A DNA stretch of 64,000 nucleotides from the NCBI GenBank assembly GCA_041659765.1, contig JBAZXR010000001.1:44537-108536 (forward strand), in the 5' to 3' direction. Below are positions 27,872-38,336 of the stretch, piece by piece (position 1 is the stretch's first letter; every line of letters starts with the position of its first letter). The notes beneath the pieces were generated by a model that was not told where the DNA came from, ran no database searches, and worked only from the letters and a program-made list of their open reading frames with translations. The DNA is from Patescibacteria group bacterium. GTDB taxonomy: Bacteria > Patescibacteriota > Patescibacteriia > UBA9934. The translations under genes and the position numbers were made by a program.

Positions 27872-30800
27872 ATGCCTGAACCATGGTTGCCTTTTTTTGC
27901 AAATCATCGGCTTCACAGAATCATTCTCCTGATTCTCGTAGCAATTACGGTGCCGATGCTCAGTGTCTCGCTTTTTCTGAATCAAGTGTTGGCGGTCACT
28001 CGGACTTGGGATGGCGGGGGGACTGACGGAACATGCGGAGGCGGGGCAGGGGACGGTAATAAATGGTCCTGTGCGGCTAACTGGTCTGCGGACACGGTTC
28101 CTGTTTCCGGAGATGTCGTGGTTTTTGACGGGACGTCTACCAAGGATTCAACTATTGATGCTGGTTTTGCAGGGACCATCACTAGCTTGAGTATTAATTC
28201 TGGTTACACCGGAACGATTACCATGGCGCGTTCGTTAACGATGACGAGCACATATACCCAAGCCGACGGTACATTTTCGCAGGGTGCTCAGACACTCACC
28301 ATAGCCGGCAATTTTGCTCACACCGCCGGTACATTTAACGCAAATACCGGAACTGTCGTTTTGACTGGGGCAACCCCGACACTTTCTGGATCCACGACAT
28401 TTAACAATTTGTATGTAGCTACCACCACCACTAGTGATGTCACGCTAACTTTGCCAGCTTCGACTACTACAGTAGTTTCAGGTGCAACGCGATTGCTGGC
28501 GAGCACGCACAGTGATCCAGTGGTGAATATCCTGACAATTGTCAGCAGTTCCTCGGGTGTCCAGGCGAGTGTGGACTTTCAAGGAAGCCTCACGATTTTT
28601 TCGGCGCACGTGAAGGACGTTAACAACATTAACGCTACGCAAGTCCACTGTTATGTTGATTGTGTTGATGACGGAAACAATACGAATATTCGTTTTGGCG
28701 AGCCGGGGCTAGCTCGGACCACGGTTTCTGGCAATGTGACTGAAGCTGGGTCAACCGCCACATTTACCGTGGCGCTTCGTGGCAAGCCAACGGCGAACGT
28801 CATCGTTCCGCTTTCGGTGTCTGACGCTACGGAGGCAAGCGTGTCACCAGCCTCGCTGACGTTCACCGCTTTAAATTACACTACTCCGCAGACGGTGACC
28901 GTTACAGGAGTTGACGACTCAGAGGATGACGGGGGAGTCTCTTCGACAATTGTCTTTGGCACAGCTACTAGCGTGGATTCGCTGTATGGGGTATTGGATG
29001 CTTCGGATGTATCTATTTTTACCGAGGATGATGATCAGCTGGCTGCGCTCGTTGATTTTGATAATGCGGCCTTGTTAACGGAAGAAGACGTGAAGGGAAC
29101 AGCCGTTTGGTTTGATCAGACAAACCAGGGCGAGGGCACATTGAAAACCGGCAGCGGCGGAGCGGCGGTGAGTCTTACCGGAACAAAAATACTTCCAGGT
29201 TGCCGCGCGACTATTGGCGGAGTAGATTTCATTATTTCTCGTTTAAGTCCCACGGTGACTGGCCAGGTACTTTTAACTGATGGTGTGACTCGTCCTGAGA
29301 ATCTTCATCTGGTGTTGGCTGACGGAGCCGTTACAAAAATTGTTTGCACTATAAAGCCGGTGAATGATGTTCAATTAGGGGGTAGTTCATCAAGCATCGC
29401 GGTTCGAAGCACATTGTTTCCAGGCAGCGGTTACACGGAGGGGCGGGTTTTTACTGACAATACGAATGGACGTGTGTGGTTTACACAAACGAACTCCTTG
29501 CCTGCGCTGAAAGGGATTTCTATGACGACCGGGCTTGAGACCATCAGTACGGCGCTGACGGGAGAAACTGGTAATGCTGTAATCAGCCATGACTCTACGC
29601 GTGACACGTTGTGGCTTTCCGAGTATGCCTTAAACAAAGTTGTAGCTATTAATGCAGCCACGGGTGCGTACGCGTTTGGAACGCTCGGCGCGAGTAGTTT
29701 TACTATCGCTGGTTCCCCGTGGTCGATAGCCTATAACCCTGAGTTAGACGAAATTTGGGTTCTAACAAACGACGGCCATGAGGTAAAAAGAATCAATCCT
29801 GCTGATGGAGCGGTGGTCGGCACCGTGGCGCTCAGTTTTAGTCCTAATAGAATAGTTTATGACTCTACCCAGCATGCCATGTGGGTTGAAGTTGATAATA
29901 CGTACAGCAGCTCACTTATAAAATTATCAGCCACTTCTGGTACTTTTGCGAACGTAACTGAGTCTGCAAGTTTGTTTCCGGTGCCGGATGTTTCCGCCAG
30001 CGATTACGGCAGCCTGCTTTATGACTCATCGAGGAATGTTCTTTGGGAGACGTCATATCGGGAGGCCGATGGTGTTGATAAACTGAACAAGATTGACGCC
30101 TCTACGGGAGCCGTGATCGGCTCGTATCCAACCGGTGCGTTCACTAATGCGGCCGCCCTGGATCCTGTAACCGGCAATGTGCTCGTCGCGTACTCAAATT
30201 ATGTTACCCCGCCCGCAGAGGGCGGTTCGGCTGGCGTAATGGAGTTTGACGCGGCTACGGGAGAACGGATCGCTACCTACACATCGTCTACCGGTCTCGT
30301 TCAGAGTATGGCGCGCGGAACAGGGAATATCAACTGGATTCTTGACATTATTGAGAATGAACTGAGTCAATCCGTTATCGGCGGTGCGCCAGTCGGGAAG
30401 TTTTATACCACGCTTACTACATCTTCTTCTGATGTAGATATTGCGAGCGGCTCAACTCTTTCCTCGGTTTCTGCCTCGGCAAGCGAGGCCGGAGAAATTG
30501 TTTCTTTTGCCCTCACCTTTGATGGCGGAAACAGTTACAAGGTTTATGGTTCATGGCGCGTGATCGCTTCTAATAAAGCAGGAGACCACGGAGGTACTGA
30601 CGGTGTTTGGTATTACCGGGATGATGCGGACGCATGGACAGCTGCACCGAGCAATGCTCCGGCCGAAGCAGTATCTCTGGCTGTAGAAAACGGCCCGACA
30701 CATAACCGTATGACGGCCGGTACGTTAAACGGTTTGGGTGAAGATATTTTTCAGCAGGCTGGCGGTTTCTCAACCTCCACTACTTCTGTCGGGGTTTCGG

Positions 30801-31567
30801 TTACGTTATCTACGGCGGACTCATCGCATCATCCAAGCGCAGATACAGTGACCTTTAATTTTGCACCCGCTCCGACTCAGCGAGGCACGCCCGGTACCGG
30901 GACTCCTGGAGGACTGCCGCCGGTCACTGCCCCTACCCCTGAGACGCCAGAGCCGTTGCCAGAGCCGTTGCCGGAGATCGTTACGCCTATTAGTTCTTTT
31001 CCGGAGGGTACCACTCTCGTACCGGGCGACTATGTACGAAGTCTGAGTTCTTCGACCGTGTATTTGATCACCTCCGCGGGCACGCGCCGGCCGTTTATGA
31101 ATGCGAAAGTATTTTTCACTTATATCTCGGACTTTTCGGCGGTGAAATTCGTGAGCGATTCGTTTATAGAGGCCTTCGTTGATGGCCAGCCGATGCCGCC
31201 AAAACCAGGAACTGTCCTCGTGAAAACGCCGAGCTCTGACAGGGTGTATGCGTTTGCACCAGAGGCGACTATTGAACATCCAGAAATCCGTTGGATTCAG
31301 GGCGAATCTCTCGCTCGAAATTTCTTTGGCCTTAACTGGGCTGACTATGTGATTGATCTTGACCAGCCGGCCATTGACCAGCTGCCTGTGGGCGAACCTC
31401 TGACGGAGACTGATGTTGTGGACTCGACTCAATTACTGCGCCGAGTAGATTTGGCTAGACGGGTTAGCGAGTTCATCAATTTTGCCTCTGTTCATCTTCC
31501 AGGCCTAGTTGAATGGGCTTCGATTGATACCGTTCACTTCCCATTCTGGCCGAAGTTCCACAAGTAA
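27872..31567 (+). CDS. Large secreted protein (1231 aa) with autotransporter-type PATR-like N-terminal motif, Calx-beta-like segment and YVTN-type beta-propeller repeats
   Basis: N-terminal TM/signal. RTWDGGGTDG...W..ANWS...PVSGDVVVFDG fits the passenger-associated repeat pattern. VTVTGVDDSEDDG is Calx-beta-like. Repeated ..LW/VW..... N.V..I...TG.. blocks. Pro-rich linker and unknown C-terminal domain. Confidence 0.7.
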   Translation: MPEPWLPFFANHRLHRIILLILVAITVPMLSVSLFLNQVLAVTRTWDGGGTDGTCGGGAGDGNKWSCAANWSADTVPVSGDVVVFDGTSTKDSTIDAGFAGTITSLSINSGYTGTITMARSLTMTSTYTQADGTFSQGAQTLTIAGNFAHTAGTFNANTGTVVLTGATPTLSGSTTFNNLYVATTTTSDVTLTLPASTTTVVSGATRLLASTHSDPVVNILTIVSSSSGVQASVDFQGSLTIFSAHVKDVNNINATQVHCYVDCVDDGNNTNIRFGEPGLARTTVSGNVTEAGSTATFTVALRGKPTANVIVPLSVSDATEASVSPASLTFTALNYTTPQTVTVTGVDDSEDDGGVSSTIVFGTATSVDSLYGVLDASDVSIFTEDDDQLAALVDFDNAALLTEEDVKGTAVWFDQTNQGEGTLKTGSGGAAVSLTGTKILPGCRATIGGVDFIISRLSPTVTGQVLLTDGVTRPENLHLVLADGAVTKIVCTIKPVNDVQLGGSSSSIAVRSTLFPGSGYTEGRVFTDNTNGRVWFTQTNSLPALKGISMTTGLETISTALTGETGNAVISHDSTRDTLWLSEYALNKVVAINAATGAYAFGTLGASSFTIAGSPWSIAYNPELDEIWVLTNDGHEVKRINPADGAVVGTVALSFSPNRIVYDSTQHAMWVEVDNTYSSSLIKLSATSGTFANVTESASLFPVPDVSASDYGSLLYDSSRNVLWETSYREADGVDKLNKIDASTGAVIGSYPTGAFTNAAALDPVTGNVLVAYSNYVTPPAEGGSAGVMEFDAATGERIATYTSSTGLVQSMARGTGNINWILDIIENELSQSVIGGAPVGKFYTTLTTSSSDVDIASGSTLSSVSASASEAGEIVSFALTFDGGNSYKVYGSWRVIASNKAGDHGGTDGVWYYRDDADAWTAAPSNAPAEAVSLAVENGPTHNRMTAGTLNGLGEDIFQQAGGFSTSTTSVGVSVTLSTADSSHHPSADTVTFNFAPAPTQRGTPGTGTPGGLPPVTAPTPETPEPLPEPLPEIVTPISSFPEGTTLVPGDYVRSLSSSTVYLITSAGTRRPFMNAKVFFTYISDFSAVKFVSDSFIEAFVDGQPMPPKPGTVLVKTPSSDRVYAFAPEATIEHPEIRWIQGESLARNFFGLNWADYVIDLDQPAIDQLPVGEPLTETDVVDSTQLLRRVDLARRVSEFINFASVHLPGLVEWASIDTVHFPFWPKFHK

Positions 31568-31575
31568 ACTTGGGG

Positions 31576-32478
31576 TTAAGCTAGCTTTGTAAGTTTGGCG
31601 ACGAAAAATCCTTCCATGCGTTCGTCCGGCAGCATGGTGATAGTTTTATGCGCAGTTTTTTTCGCATTTTGCAGCGGGAGCGAGATTTCAACGGGCTTCA
31701 TCTGAGGGAACTCAGTAATGAGCCATTCAACCATTTGTTCGTTTTCTTCGGGTGCAAGGGTGCAGGTTGAATAGACAAGCGTTCCACCTGGCTTGAGGCA
31801 GCCCACGGCGGCCCGTAAGAGCCGACGCTGGAGCTTTGCGTGCTCGACGATGTTCTTTTCTGACCAAAAACCAAACGTCCGTTTTTCATTGATGTTGATC
31901 CGGCCTTCGGCTGAACACGGGGCATCGACCAGTATCTTATCGAAGTATTCCGGGAATTCTTTATGCAAAAGTGTGCCGTCCGTATGTCTCGCGTTCACTT
32001 TTGCGCTTTGAACGCGAATAGTGTTTTCGAGTTTTTGAAAGCGGACCTCATTGTCTTCTGTGGCAATAATCTCGGCGGCATTATTCGTCATCATGGCTAT
32101 TTCTGTTGTCTTTGACCCCGGTGCAGCACAAAGATCGAGGATCCTTTCTCCGGCTCTTGGTTCAAGGATAACCGGAGGGATCATTGAAGAGATTCCTTGT
32201 AAATATATTTTCCCGTCTTTCGCGAGCGGGTGTCCTAGAAGTTCATCGTCTGTTCGATTCTTGATTAGAAACGCGTGTGGCACGGCCTTGATCCTTTCGA
32301 ACATGATTTGTTCATCTCGAAACACAGCCATCACTGCTTCGTCTGAAGATTTGAGTGTATTGACGCGGAGGGTGGGTTTTTGGGCTACGCTAAAAGCCCG
32401 GAGCATCGCGGAATAGGTTCCGGTGCCCCATTGTTTGGTTAGTCGGTCGCGCAGGGCGTTAGGGAGAGGATCGCGCAT
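31576..32478 (-). CDS. rRNA cytosine-C5 methyltransferase, NOL1/NOP2/Sun (RsmB/RsmF-like) family
   Basis: SAM-binding ILDLCAAPGSKT, catalytic DAPCS and PGGTLVYSTCT motifs. Start set at the ATG immediately after the upstream stop (TAAcATG); the longer start at 32526 would overlap the upstream gene by 47 nt. Confidence 0.8.
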   Translation of the reverse strand: MRDPLPNALRDRLTKQWGTGTYSAMLRAFSVAQKPTLRVNTLKSSDEAVMAVFRDEQIMFERIKAVPHAFLIKNRTDDELLGHPLAKDGKIYLQGISSMIPPVILEPRAGERILDLCAAPGSKTTEIAMMTNNAAEIIATEDNEVRFQKLENTIRVQSAKVNARHTDGTLLHKEFPEYFDKILVDAPCSAEGRININEKRTFGFWSEKNIVEHAKLQRRLLRAAVGCLKPGGTLVYSTCTLAPEENEQMVEWLITEFPQMKPVEISLPLQNAKKTAHKTITMLPDERMEGFFVAKLTKLA

Positions 32479-32479
32479 G

Positions 32480-33121
32480 TTATTCGCCATGTTCGGGGAG
32501 AATCCAGATAACGTACGATTGTTCAATAGCGGTTGTTACGCCGGTTTTTCGTACTACGCCCCTAACTTTGACCCTCTTTCCTACCACAAGGTCTGTTTCT
32601 GTACCAGTGACGCTCTTGGGTTTTTGAATTTGTGTTTCAGCTGAATATGTCGCTTTCATCGTTATGTTCGATGGCAATATTTTGATCGAGAGTGACTTGC
32701 TTTGTAAATCGACGCTTAAAATTTCGCCCTCTTGAATGACCGGATCAAGAAACCAAAGATTATTATTAGTCACCGTTAATGCAGTCAGCGATCCGTCCCG
32801 GTTTCTGATTGAATAGATGGCCAGTTCTTCGTTCGATTTGAAATTACTGAGTGCCGTTCCACCGCCGTATCGCTGGAGAAAGGATGTCTTTGGGGTTAAA
32901 AAATAAGTGGTATGTATAGTTCCTCGGTCTGCATCCTGCCGGCTCACAAGGAGTGTTCCGGTGCCGGTTTTTTGATCTTGTTGCGCCGACACATAGGTGG
33001 CGATGGTCGTAAAGTACTCATAAGATGCTAGGCCTATAGATTGGGCACTGACAAAAACGGCACCCGTTAGGCAGAGTATGACTGACATGGTGACCGCTGT
33101 AGAACGAAAGTATTTGTGCAC
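32480..33121 (-). CDS. Secreted hypothetical protein
   Basis: 213 aa; N-terminal signal peptide (VILCLTGAVFVSAQS). Confidence 0.55.
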   Translation of the reverse strand: MHKYFRSTAVTMSVILCLTGAVFVSAQSIGLASYEYFTTIATYVSAQQDQKTGTGTLLVSRQDADRGTIHTTYFLTPKTSFLQRYGGGTALSNFKSNEELAIYSIRNRDGSLTALTVTNNNLWFLDPVIQEGEILSVDLQSKSLSIKILPSNITMKATYSAETQIQKPKSVTGTETDLVVGKRVKVRGVVRKTGVTTAIEQSYVIWILPEHGE

Positions 33122-33153
33122 AGAAAATATATTTAATATAGTACAATCATACT

Positions 33154-34365
33154 ATGCCCAACTTCTATCAGAATTTTCTCAAGCAGCTTGATCGGGCGCT
33201 CGTGCTTGATCAGGATATGCAGAAACAGAGCGACGACTTTAAGACGCCGCAACAGATTTGGGAGAGAACCATTCTTTTAAAAAAAGATAACGGGGAAACC
33301 ATTGAATTGCCGGCGTTCCGCATTCAGCACAACAATTGGTGCGGCCCGTATAAGGGAGGAATTCGTTTCCACCCGGATGTGAATAAGGACGAGGTGAAAG
33401 CGCTCGCTTCACTCATGAGTTTTAAGACTGCGGTTGCGGGTATTCCAATGGGCGGCGGAAAGGGCGGTGTGGCGGTTGACCCGAAGACCTTGTCCGTGCG
33501 CGAGAAGGACGAAGTCGCGCGTGAGTATGCTCGGACATTCCGCGATGTGCTCGGACCAACAAAAGACGTGCCCGCACCGGACGTGAATACGACAAGCCGC
33601 GAGATGGATATTATTGCGGAAGAATTCGGTCACCCTGCAGTTGTCACCGGTAAGAGCATTGAACATGGAGGTTCGCTCGGTCGTGATACCGCTACGGCGC
33701 AGGGAGGCTGGTATGTGTTGTCGGCTTTGAAAGAAAAACTCTTTCTCGACCCTGAGACATTTACCGTAGCAATTCAAGGTTTCGGAAATGCGGGTGCGAC
33801 ATTTGCCGACATCTGTGTGAGGCACGAGGTGAGAGTAGTTGCTGTTTCTGATTCAAAGAGTGGTATTTACGCTGAAGCGGGACTTGATGTCGCCGCCGTC
33901 CACGCATACAAGGAATCGACCGGATCACTGGTCGGTTTTCCTGGGGCGCAGCAGATTACGAACGCTGAGTTGCTAGAGCTAGAATGTGGCGTGCTAGTCC
34001 CAGCGGCACTTGAGAGTCAGATCACCGAAGAAAATGCGCCGCGTATCAAGGCGAAGGTCATTCTTGAGCTCGCGAATGGTCCCACCACGGTAGAAGCGGA
34101 CGATATTTTGTTCGGCAAGGGAATAGTTGTCATTCCTGATATCTTGGCTAATGCCGGGGGAGTGACGGTCAGTTATTTTGAGTGGGATCAGAACATGAAG
34201 AGTGAAAAGTGGACTGCCGAGCAGGTGGACGAGAAGCTTAAAACGCACATGGAAGAAGCTGCTCGCCGCGTGTGGGCGTTCAAAGAACAGTTCAAGACTG
34301 ATCTACGCCGTGCCGCTTTTTATGTGGCGCTTGATAGAATGATTGCATCTAAACCGATTCACTAA
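33154..34365 (+). CDS. gdhA: Glutamate dehydrogenase (Glu/Leu/Phe/Val dehydrogenase family)
   Basis: 403 aa; GIPMGGGKGG catalytic motif; Rossmann GFGNAG. Confidence 0.85.
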   Translation: MPNFYQNFLKQLDRALVLDQDMQKQSDDFKTPQQIWERTILLKKDNGETIELPAFRIQHNNWCGPYKGGIRFHPDVNKDEVKALASLMSFKTAVAGIPMGGGKGGVAVDPKTLSVREKDEVAREYARTFRDVLGPTKDVPAPDVNTTSREMDIIAEEFGHPAVVTGKSIEHGGSLGRDTATAQGGWYVLSALKEKLFLDPETFTVAIQGFGNAGATFADICVRHEVRVVAVSDSKSGIYAEAGLDVAAVHAYKESTGSLVGFPGAQQITNAELLELECGVLVPAALESQITEENAPRIKAKVILELANGPTTVEADDILFGKGIVVIPDILANAGGVTVSYFEWDQNMKSEKWTAEQVDEKLKTHMEEAARRVWAFKEQFKTDLRRAAFYVALDRMIASKPIH

Positions 34366-34366
34366 T

Positions 34367-34705
34367 ATGGAAACACTTTCTGTCACGGATTTGAAAACAA
34401 AGTTAGACTCAGGCGAGACGCTCATGCTCGTTGATCTGCAGGACGCAGCTAACTTTGAGCATCGCCACATTCCTGGGGCAGTGAATATTCCGCTCGATGA
34501 CAAGTGCGCCGAGACCTGCACCGCTGTCCTTAAAGACAAAGATGCCACTATTATTGTCTACGGCGAATTCGACGAACTCGGCAAGGGTTCGCAGGCAACA
34601 GATGTCCTCTCAGCTGCGGGGTACACGAAGCTCATCCGATTGACTGGCGGACTCATGGGCTGGATGGAGGCTGGGTATGCTGTTGAGGGCGGAAAAGCAT
34701 CCTAG
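34367..34705 (+). CDS. Rhodanese-like domain protein (probably catalytically inactive; no active-site Cys in the CX5R position)
   Basis: 112 aa from the ATG right after the gdh stop; rhodanese fold motifs ([14 protein letters not shown]). Confidence 0.65.
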   Translation: METLSVTDLKTKLDSGETLMLVDLQDAANFEHRHIPGAVNIPLDDKCAETCTAVLKDKDATIIVYGEFDELGKGSQATDVLSAAGYTKLIRLTGGLMGWMEAGYAVEGGKAS

Positions 34706-34749
34706 TATTACTTTACTCTTTAATCTTTACGCTTTACTCTGTTAGTCGT

Positions 34750-37026
34750 ATGTCCTACGACCATTCTTCAGTTGATCCCAAATGGCAGAAGCGTTGGGAA
34801 GAGTCTGGCATTTTTCATGCTAAGGATTTCGGGAAAGAGAAATATTACATTCTCGTTGAATTTCCGTATCCATCTGGTGCCGGCCTGCACGTGGGTCACC
34901 CCAGGAGCTATACGGCGCTCGACGTCGTAGCTCGCAAGAAAAGAATGGAGGGAAAAAATGTTTTGTTTCCAATGGGCTGGGATGCGTTCGGTTTGCCCGC
35001 GGAGAACTACGCCATTAAAACGGGAATACATCCGAGCGTCGTGACCAAGCAGAACATTGATACGTTCCGCCGTCAGCTGCAATCCATCGGTTTTAGTTTT
35101 GATTGGTCGAGGGAGATCAATACAACGGATCCGAAATATTACCGCTGGACGCAGTGGCAGTTTTTGCAGTTTTTCAAAGCCGGACTCGCCTATAAGGCGA
35201 AGGCGTTTATTAATTGGTGTCCCAAAGATAAAATTGGCCTAGCTAACGAAGAAGTTATTGGCGGCAATTGCGAACGCTGTGGAACTCCCGTCGAGAAAAA
35301 AGAAAAAGAACAGTGGATGCTCGCCATTACTAAGTATGCAGACCGATTGATCGATGATCTGAAAGACGTCGACTATTTGCCGAAGATTAAAAAGCAGCAG
35401 GAAGATTGGATTGGCCGAAGCGAAGGCGCCGAAATTACATTTGGCGATATTGCTGTTTTTACAACACGTCCGGACACAATCGACGGCGTGACGTATGTCG
35501 TACTCGCTCCTGAACATCCGTTAGTCGAAAAAATGACAACCAACGAGCAGAGAAAGGAGGTTGCGAGTTATCTTGAAGATGTAAAGCAGAAAACCGAGAT
35601 TGAGCGCGGTGATGATTCCAAAGAAAAGACGGGCGTATTTACGGGTTCGTTCGTGACAAATCCATTTAATGGCGAAAAAGTTCCAGTTTGGGTGGCTGAT
35701 TACGTGCTTGGACATTATGGAACTGGTGCAGTGATGGCTGTGCCAGAGCATGATGAGCGTGATCGGACGTTTGCCGAGAAGTTCGAATTGCCAATTATCG
35801 ATAAGCCATTGGTGACCTTCGACGAGGCAGTCAAAAAGTCTGGTGGTACAAAGAAAACCACCTACAAACTCCGCGATTGGGTATTTTCTCGTCAGCGTTA
35901 CTGGGGCGAGCCGATTCCGCTCGTCCATTGTGAGAAAGACGGATGGGTTGCGGTTCCGGACGATCAACTGCCGGTCGAATTGCCACAGGTCGAGAAATAC
36001 GAACCGACTGATAACGGCGAATCGCCGCTTGCTTCTATCGAGTCATTCGTGAACACCACGTGTCCTACATGTGGGGGAGTTGCGAAGAGAGAGACTGACA
36101 CTATGCCGAACTGGGCGGGGTCTAGCTGGTACTTTTTGCGCTACGCGGATCCGCATAATGATGAGGCGTTCGCGTCAAAGAAAGCGTTGAAGTATTGGAT
36201 GCCCGTTGATTTGTATAACGGCGGCATGGAGCACACCACGCTCCACTTGTTGTACTCGCGCTTCTGGAACAAGTTTCTGTTTGACCAGGGATTGGTGCCA
36301 GTCAGCGAGCCATATCAGCGTCGTCACTCTCATGGTTTGATCATGGCTGAAGACGGTACGAAGATGAGTAAGTCTGTCGGCAATGTTGTAAATCCTGATG
36401 ATATCGTGAAGGAATTCGGCGCTGACACGCTCCGTGTTTACGAACTGTTCATGGGGCCATTCGAGGAGCCAGTGCCGTGGAGCATGAATGGCGTAGTCGG
36501 TGTGAAACGTTTTTTGGATAAAATAACCCGAATCGGTGATCGCGTAGGGGTCGACCCATGCGTCGACCCTCTCTCCGTGGATCGCGCATTGCACAAGGCC
36601 ATCAAGAAGGTGACGGCGGATATTGAGGGTTTTAAATTCAATACCGCGGTCGCCACCATGATGACGTTTGTGAACGAGGCTCAGGATAAGGGAATTTCCA
36701 AAGAGAGCTTTGAGAAGTTCTTGCAGATTCTGGTTCCTTTCGCTCCTCACACTGCTAATGAACTTTGGGAAAAGTTGGGTCATGAAGGATTTGTAGAAGC
36801 GCAGTCTTGGCCGATGTTTGACCCGGCCATGCTGATTGAAGAAGCTGTGACCATGGCGGTCCAAATCAACGGTAAGTTGCGGGCGAATATCTCTGTGCCC
36901 CCGGATTCTGCAGATGATGAGGTTGTTGCGGTCGCGAAGGCCGACGAGAATGTAAAAAAGTATTTGACTGTGGAACCAAAGAAGACGATTGTGGTGAAGA
37001 ATAAGATTGTGAATTTTGTGGTGTGA
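34750..37026 (+). CDS. leuS: Leucine--tRNA ligase
   Basis: 758 aa; HIGH (HVGHPRSY) and KMSKS (KMSKSVGN) motifs; CP1 editing region. Confidence 0.9.
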   Translation: MSYDHSSVDPKWQKRWEESGIFHAKDFGKEKYYILVEFPYPSGAGLHVGHPRSYTALDVVARKKRMEGKNVLFPMGWDAFGLPAENYAIKTGIHPSVVTKQNIDTFRRQLQSIGFSFDWSREINTTDPKYYRWTQWQFLQFFKAGLAYKAKAFINWCPKDKIGLANEEVIGGNCERCGTPVEKKEKEQWMLAITKYADRLIDDLKDVDYLPKIKKQQEDWIGRSEGAEITFGDIAVFTTRPDTIDGVTYVVLAPEHPLVEKMTTNEQRKEVASYLEDVKQKTEIERGDDSKEKTGVFTGSFVTNPFNGEKVPVWVADYVLGHYGTGAVMAVPEHDERDRTFAEKFELPIIDKPLVTFDEAVKKSGGTKKTTYKLRDWVFSRQRYWGEPIPLVHCEKDGWVAVPDDQLPVELPQVEKYEPTDNGESPLASIESFVNTTCPTCGGVAKRETDTMPNWAGSSWYFLRYADPHNDEAFASKKALKYWMPVDLYNGGMEHTTLHLLYSRFWNKFLFDQGLVPVSEPYQRRHSHGLIMAEDGTKMSKSVGNVVNPDDIVKEFGADTLRVYELFMGPFEEPVPWSMNGVVGVKRFLDKITRIGDRVGVDPCVDPLSVDRALHKAIKKVTADIEGFKFNTAVATMMTFVNEAQDKGISKESFEKFLQILVPFAPHTANELWEKLGHEGFVEAQSWPMFDPAMLIEEAVTMAVQINGKLRANISVPPDSADDEVVAVAKADENVKKYLTVEPKKTIVVKNKIVNFVV
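36549..36570. repeat. 22-bp near-palindrome GGGTCGACCCATGCGTCGACCC inside leuS; reverse-complement twin of the intergenic palindrome at 12662-12683
   Basis: Exact 22/22 match to the reverse complement of 12662-12683. Flanked by direct GATCGCG heptamers at 36537 and 36582. Encodes the in-frame segment [11 protein letters not shown]. Confidence 0.6.
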
Positions 37027-38282
37027 TGAAGGTAACGCCGAGCAGAGCTCTCAGAGTTTTGCTCGGTGTTTTTATTTGTGGTGTAGCTATCTACTCGTTC
37101 TTTCCTGGATTTGCTCCTCGTCCAAACTCTGTTGCCTTTTATCTTGGGAAAGATGCGAGCGTGACGGGCGTTATCATGAGGCATCAGGCGGGGAAGAAGA
37201 GTGACAAAGTGACGCTTGAGCGATTAACCGTGAATGGGGAAGAGGTTCTTGATAAGGTGTTGCTTTATCTTCCGGCTGGTGCAAAAGCCGAGCTTGGGGA
37301 CAAGGTGGGGGTTCACTGTAATTTGTATAAACCACATCCGTTTGCCGATTTTCAGTATGACCGCTGGTTAGCTGCCAGACAGATTTTTGCTTTGTGCAGG
37401 AGCAGTAATTCGCCCTTCGTGCTAGAGCGTGAAGCCGCGCAAGGTCCGCGAGTTTGGTTGGGCAACCTTCATACCACCGCGGTTGAGTATATTGACGCTT
37501 CGATACCAGACCCGCATGCCCAGTTACTTGCGGGTTTACTACTTGGCGATAATGCTTTTACTGACGAGTGGAAAGAACAGTTTATTCGTACTGGCACTTC
37601 GCACGTGGTGGCTGCGAGCGGATACAACGTGGCGCTTGTGTCATCACTCGCGTTTGCCTTTCTTGTTTATGCAGGCCTGCGCAGACAATACGCTTTTCCG
37701 TTCGTGATCGCTGCGGTTGCGGGATTCGTCATTATTGCCGGAGCCGAGGCGGCAGTGACGCGTGCGGGCATTATGGGCGTTATTGGCCTCTCGGCGACCC
37801 AACTCGGTCGGAAGAGCTCGGCGAAGACTGCATTATTGTTGACCGCTGCTATCATGCTTGCCCTTGAGCCGAGACTCCTTCGCGATGATCCAGGGTTTCA
37901 GCTGTCGGTCTTGTCGACCATGGGGCTCATGGCTTTTGCTAAACCAATCGCGCAGAAGATCGATTGGATCCCCGAGCGGTTTGGTATCCGCGAATCTTTT
38001 GCCTGCACCCTGGCCGCAACTTTGGCGACTCTGCCGATTTCTATTTTTAGTTTTCATCGTGTGTCTCTAGTTGGTCCGCTCACGAATCTAATCATTTTGC
38101 CTTTTGTTCCTTACGCCATGGCCACAGGAACGATCGGTGTTTTAAGCCAGGCTGTCCTTAACTCGCTTGACCTTCGCAGCCTCCCTAACCTTTTAGCCTT
38201 TCCCGGTTGGTTATTGCTCGAGATTATTCTCGACGTTATCCAGGCAATGGCGAACCTTCCATTCGCGGTACTTAACCTTTGA
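37026..38282 (+). CDS. comEC: ComEC/Rec2-family competence membrane protein (no metallo-beta-lactamase domain)
   Basis: Competence domain signature GTSHVVAASGYNV; multiple TM helices; start overlaps the leuS stop (TGATG). Confidence 0.75.
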   Translation: MKVTPSRALRVLLGVFICGVAIYSFFPGFAPRPNSVAFYLGKDASVTGVIMRHQAGKKSDKVTLERLTVNGEEVLDKVLLYLPAGAKAELGDKVGVHCNLYKPHPFADFQYDRWLAARQIFALCRSSNSPFVLEREAAQGPRVWLGNLHTTAVEYIDASIPDPHAQLLAGLLLGDNAFTDEWKEQFIRTGTSHVVAASGYNVALVSSLAFAFLVYAGLRRQYAFPFVIAAVAGFVIIAGAEAAVTRAGIMGVIGLSATQLGRKSSAKTALLLTAAIMLALEPRLLRDDPGFQLSVLSTMGLMAFAKPIAQKIDWIPERFGIRESFACTLAATLATLPISIFSFHRVSLVGPLTNLIILPFVPYAMATGTIGVLSQAVLNSLDLRSLPNLLAFPGWLLLEIILDVIQAMANLPFAVLNL

Positions 38283-38336
38283 ACTTGACCATCTTTATAA
38301 ATCCCCGTATCTTTCAGGCCAATTAACCGAACTTTT

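Noticed and set aside
31576-32526. Longer rsmB-like start at 32526 (MNNRTLSGFSPNMANN...)
   Set aside because: It would overlap the upstream secreted-protein gene by 47 nt. An in-frame ATG lies immediately after that gene's stop (TAAcATG), giving a coupled start without overlap. Either is possible, and the shorter one was preferred.
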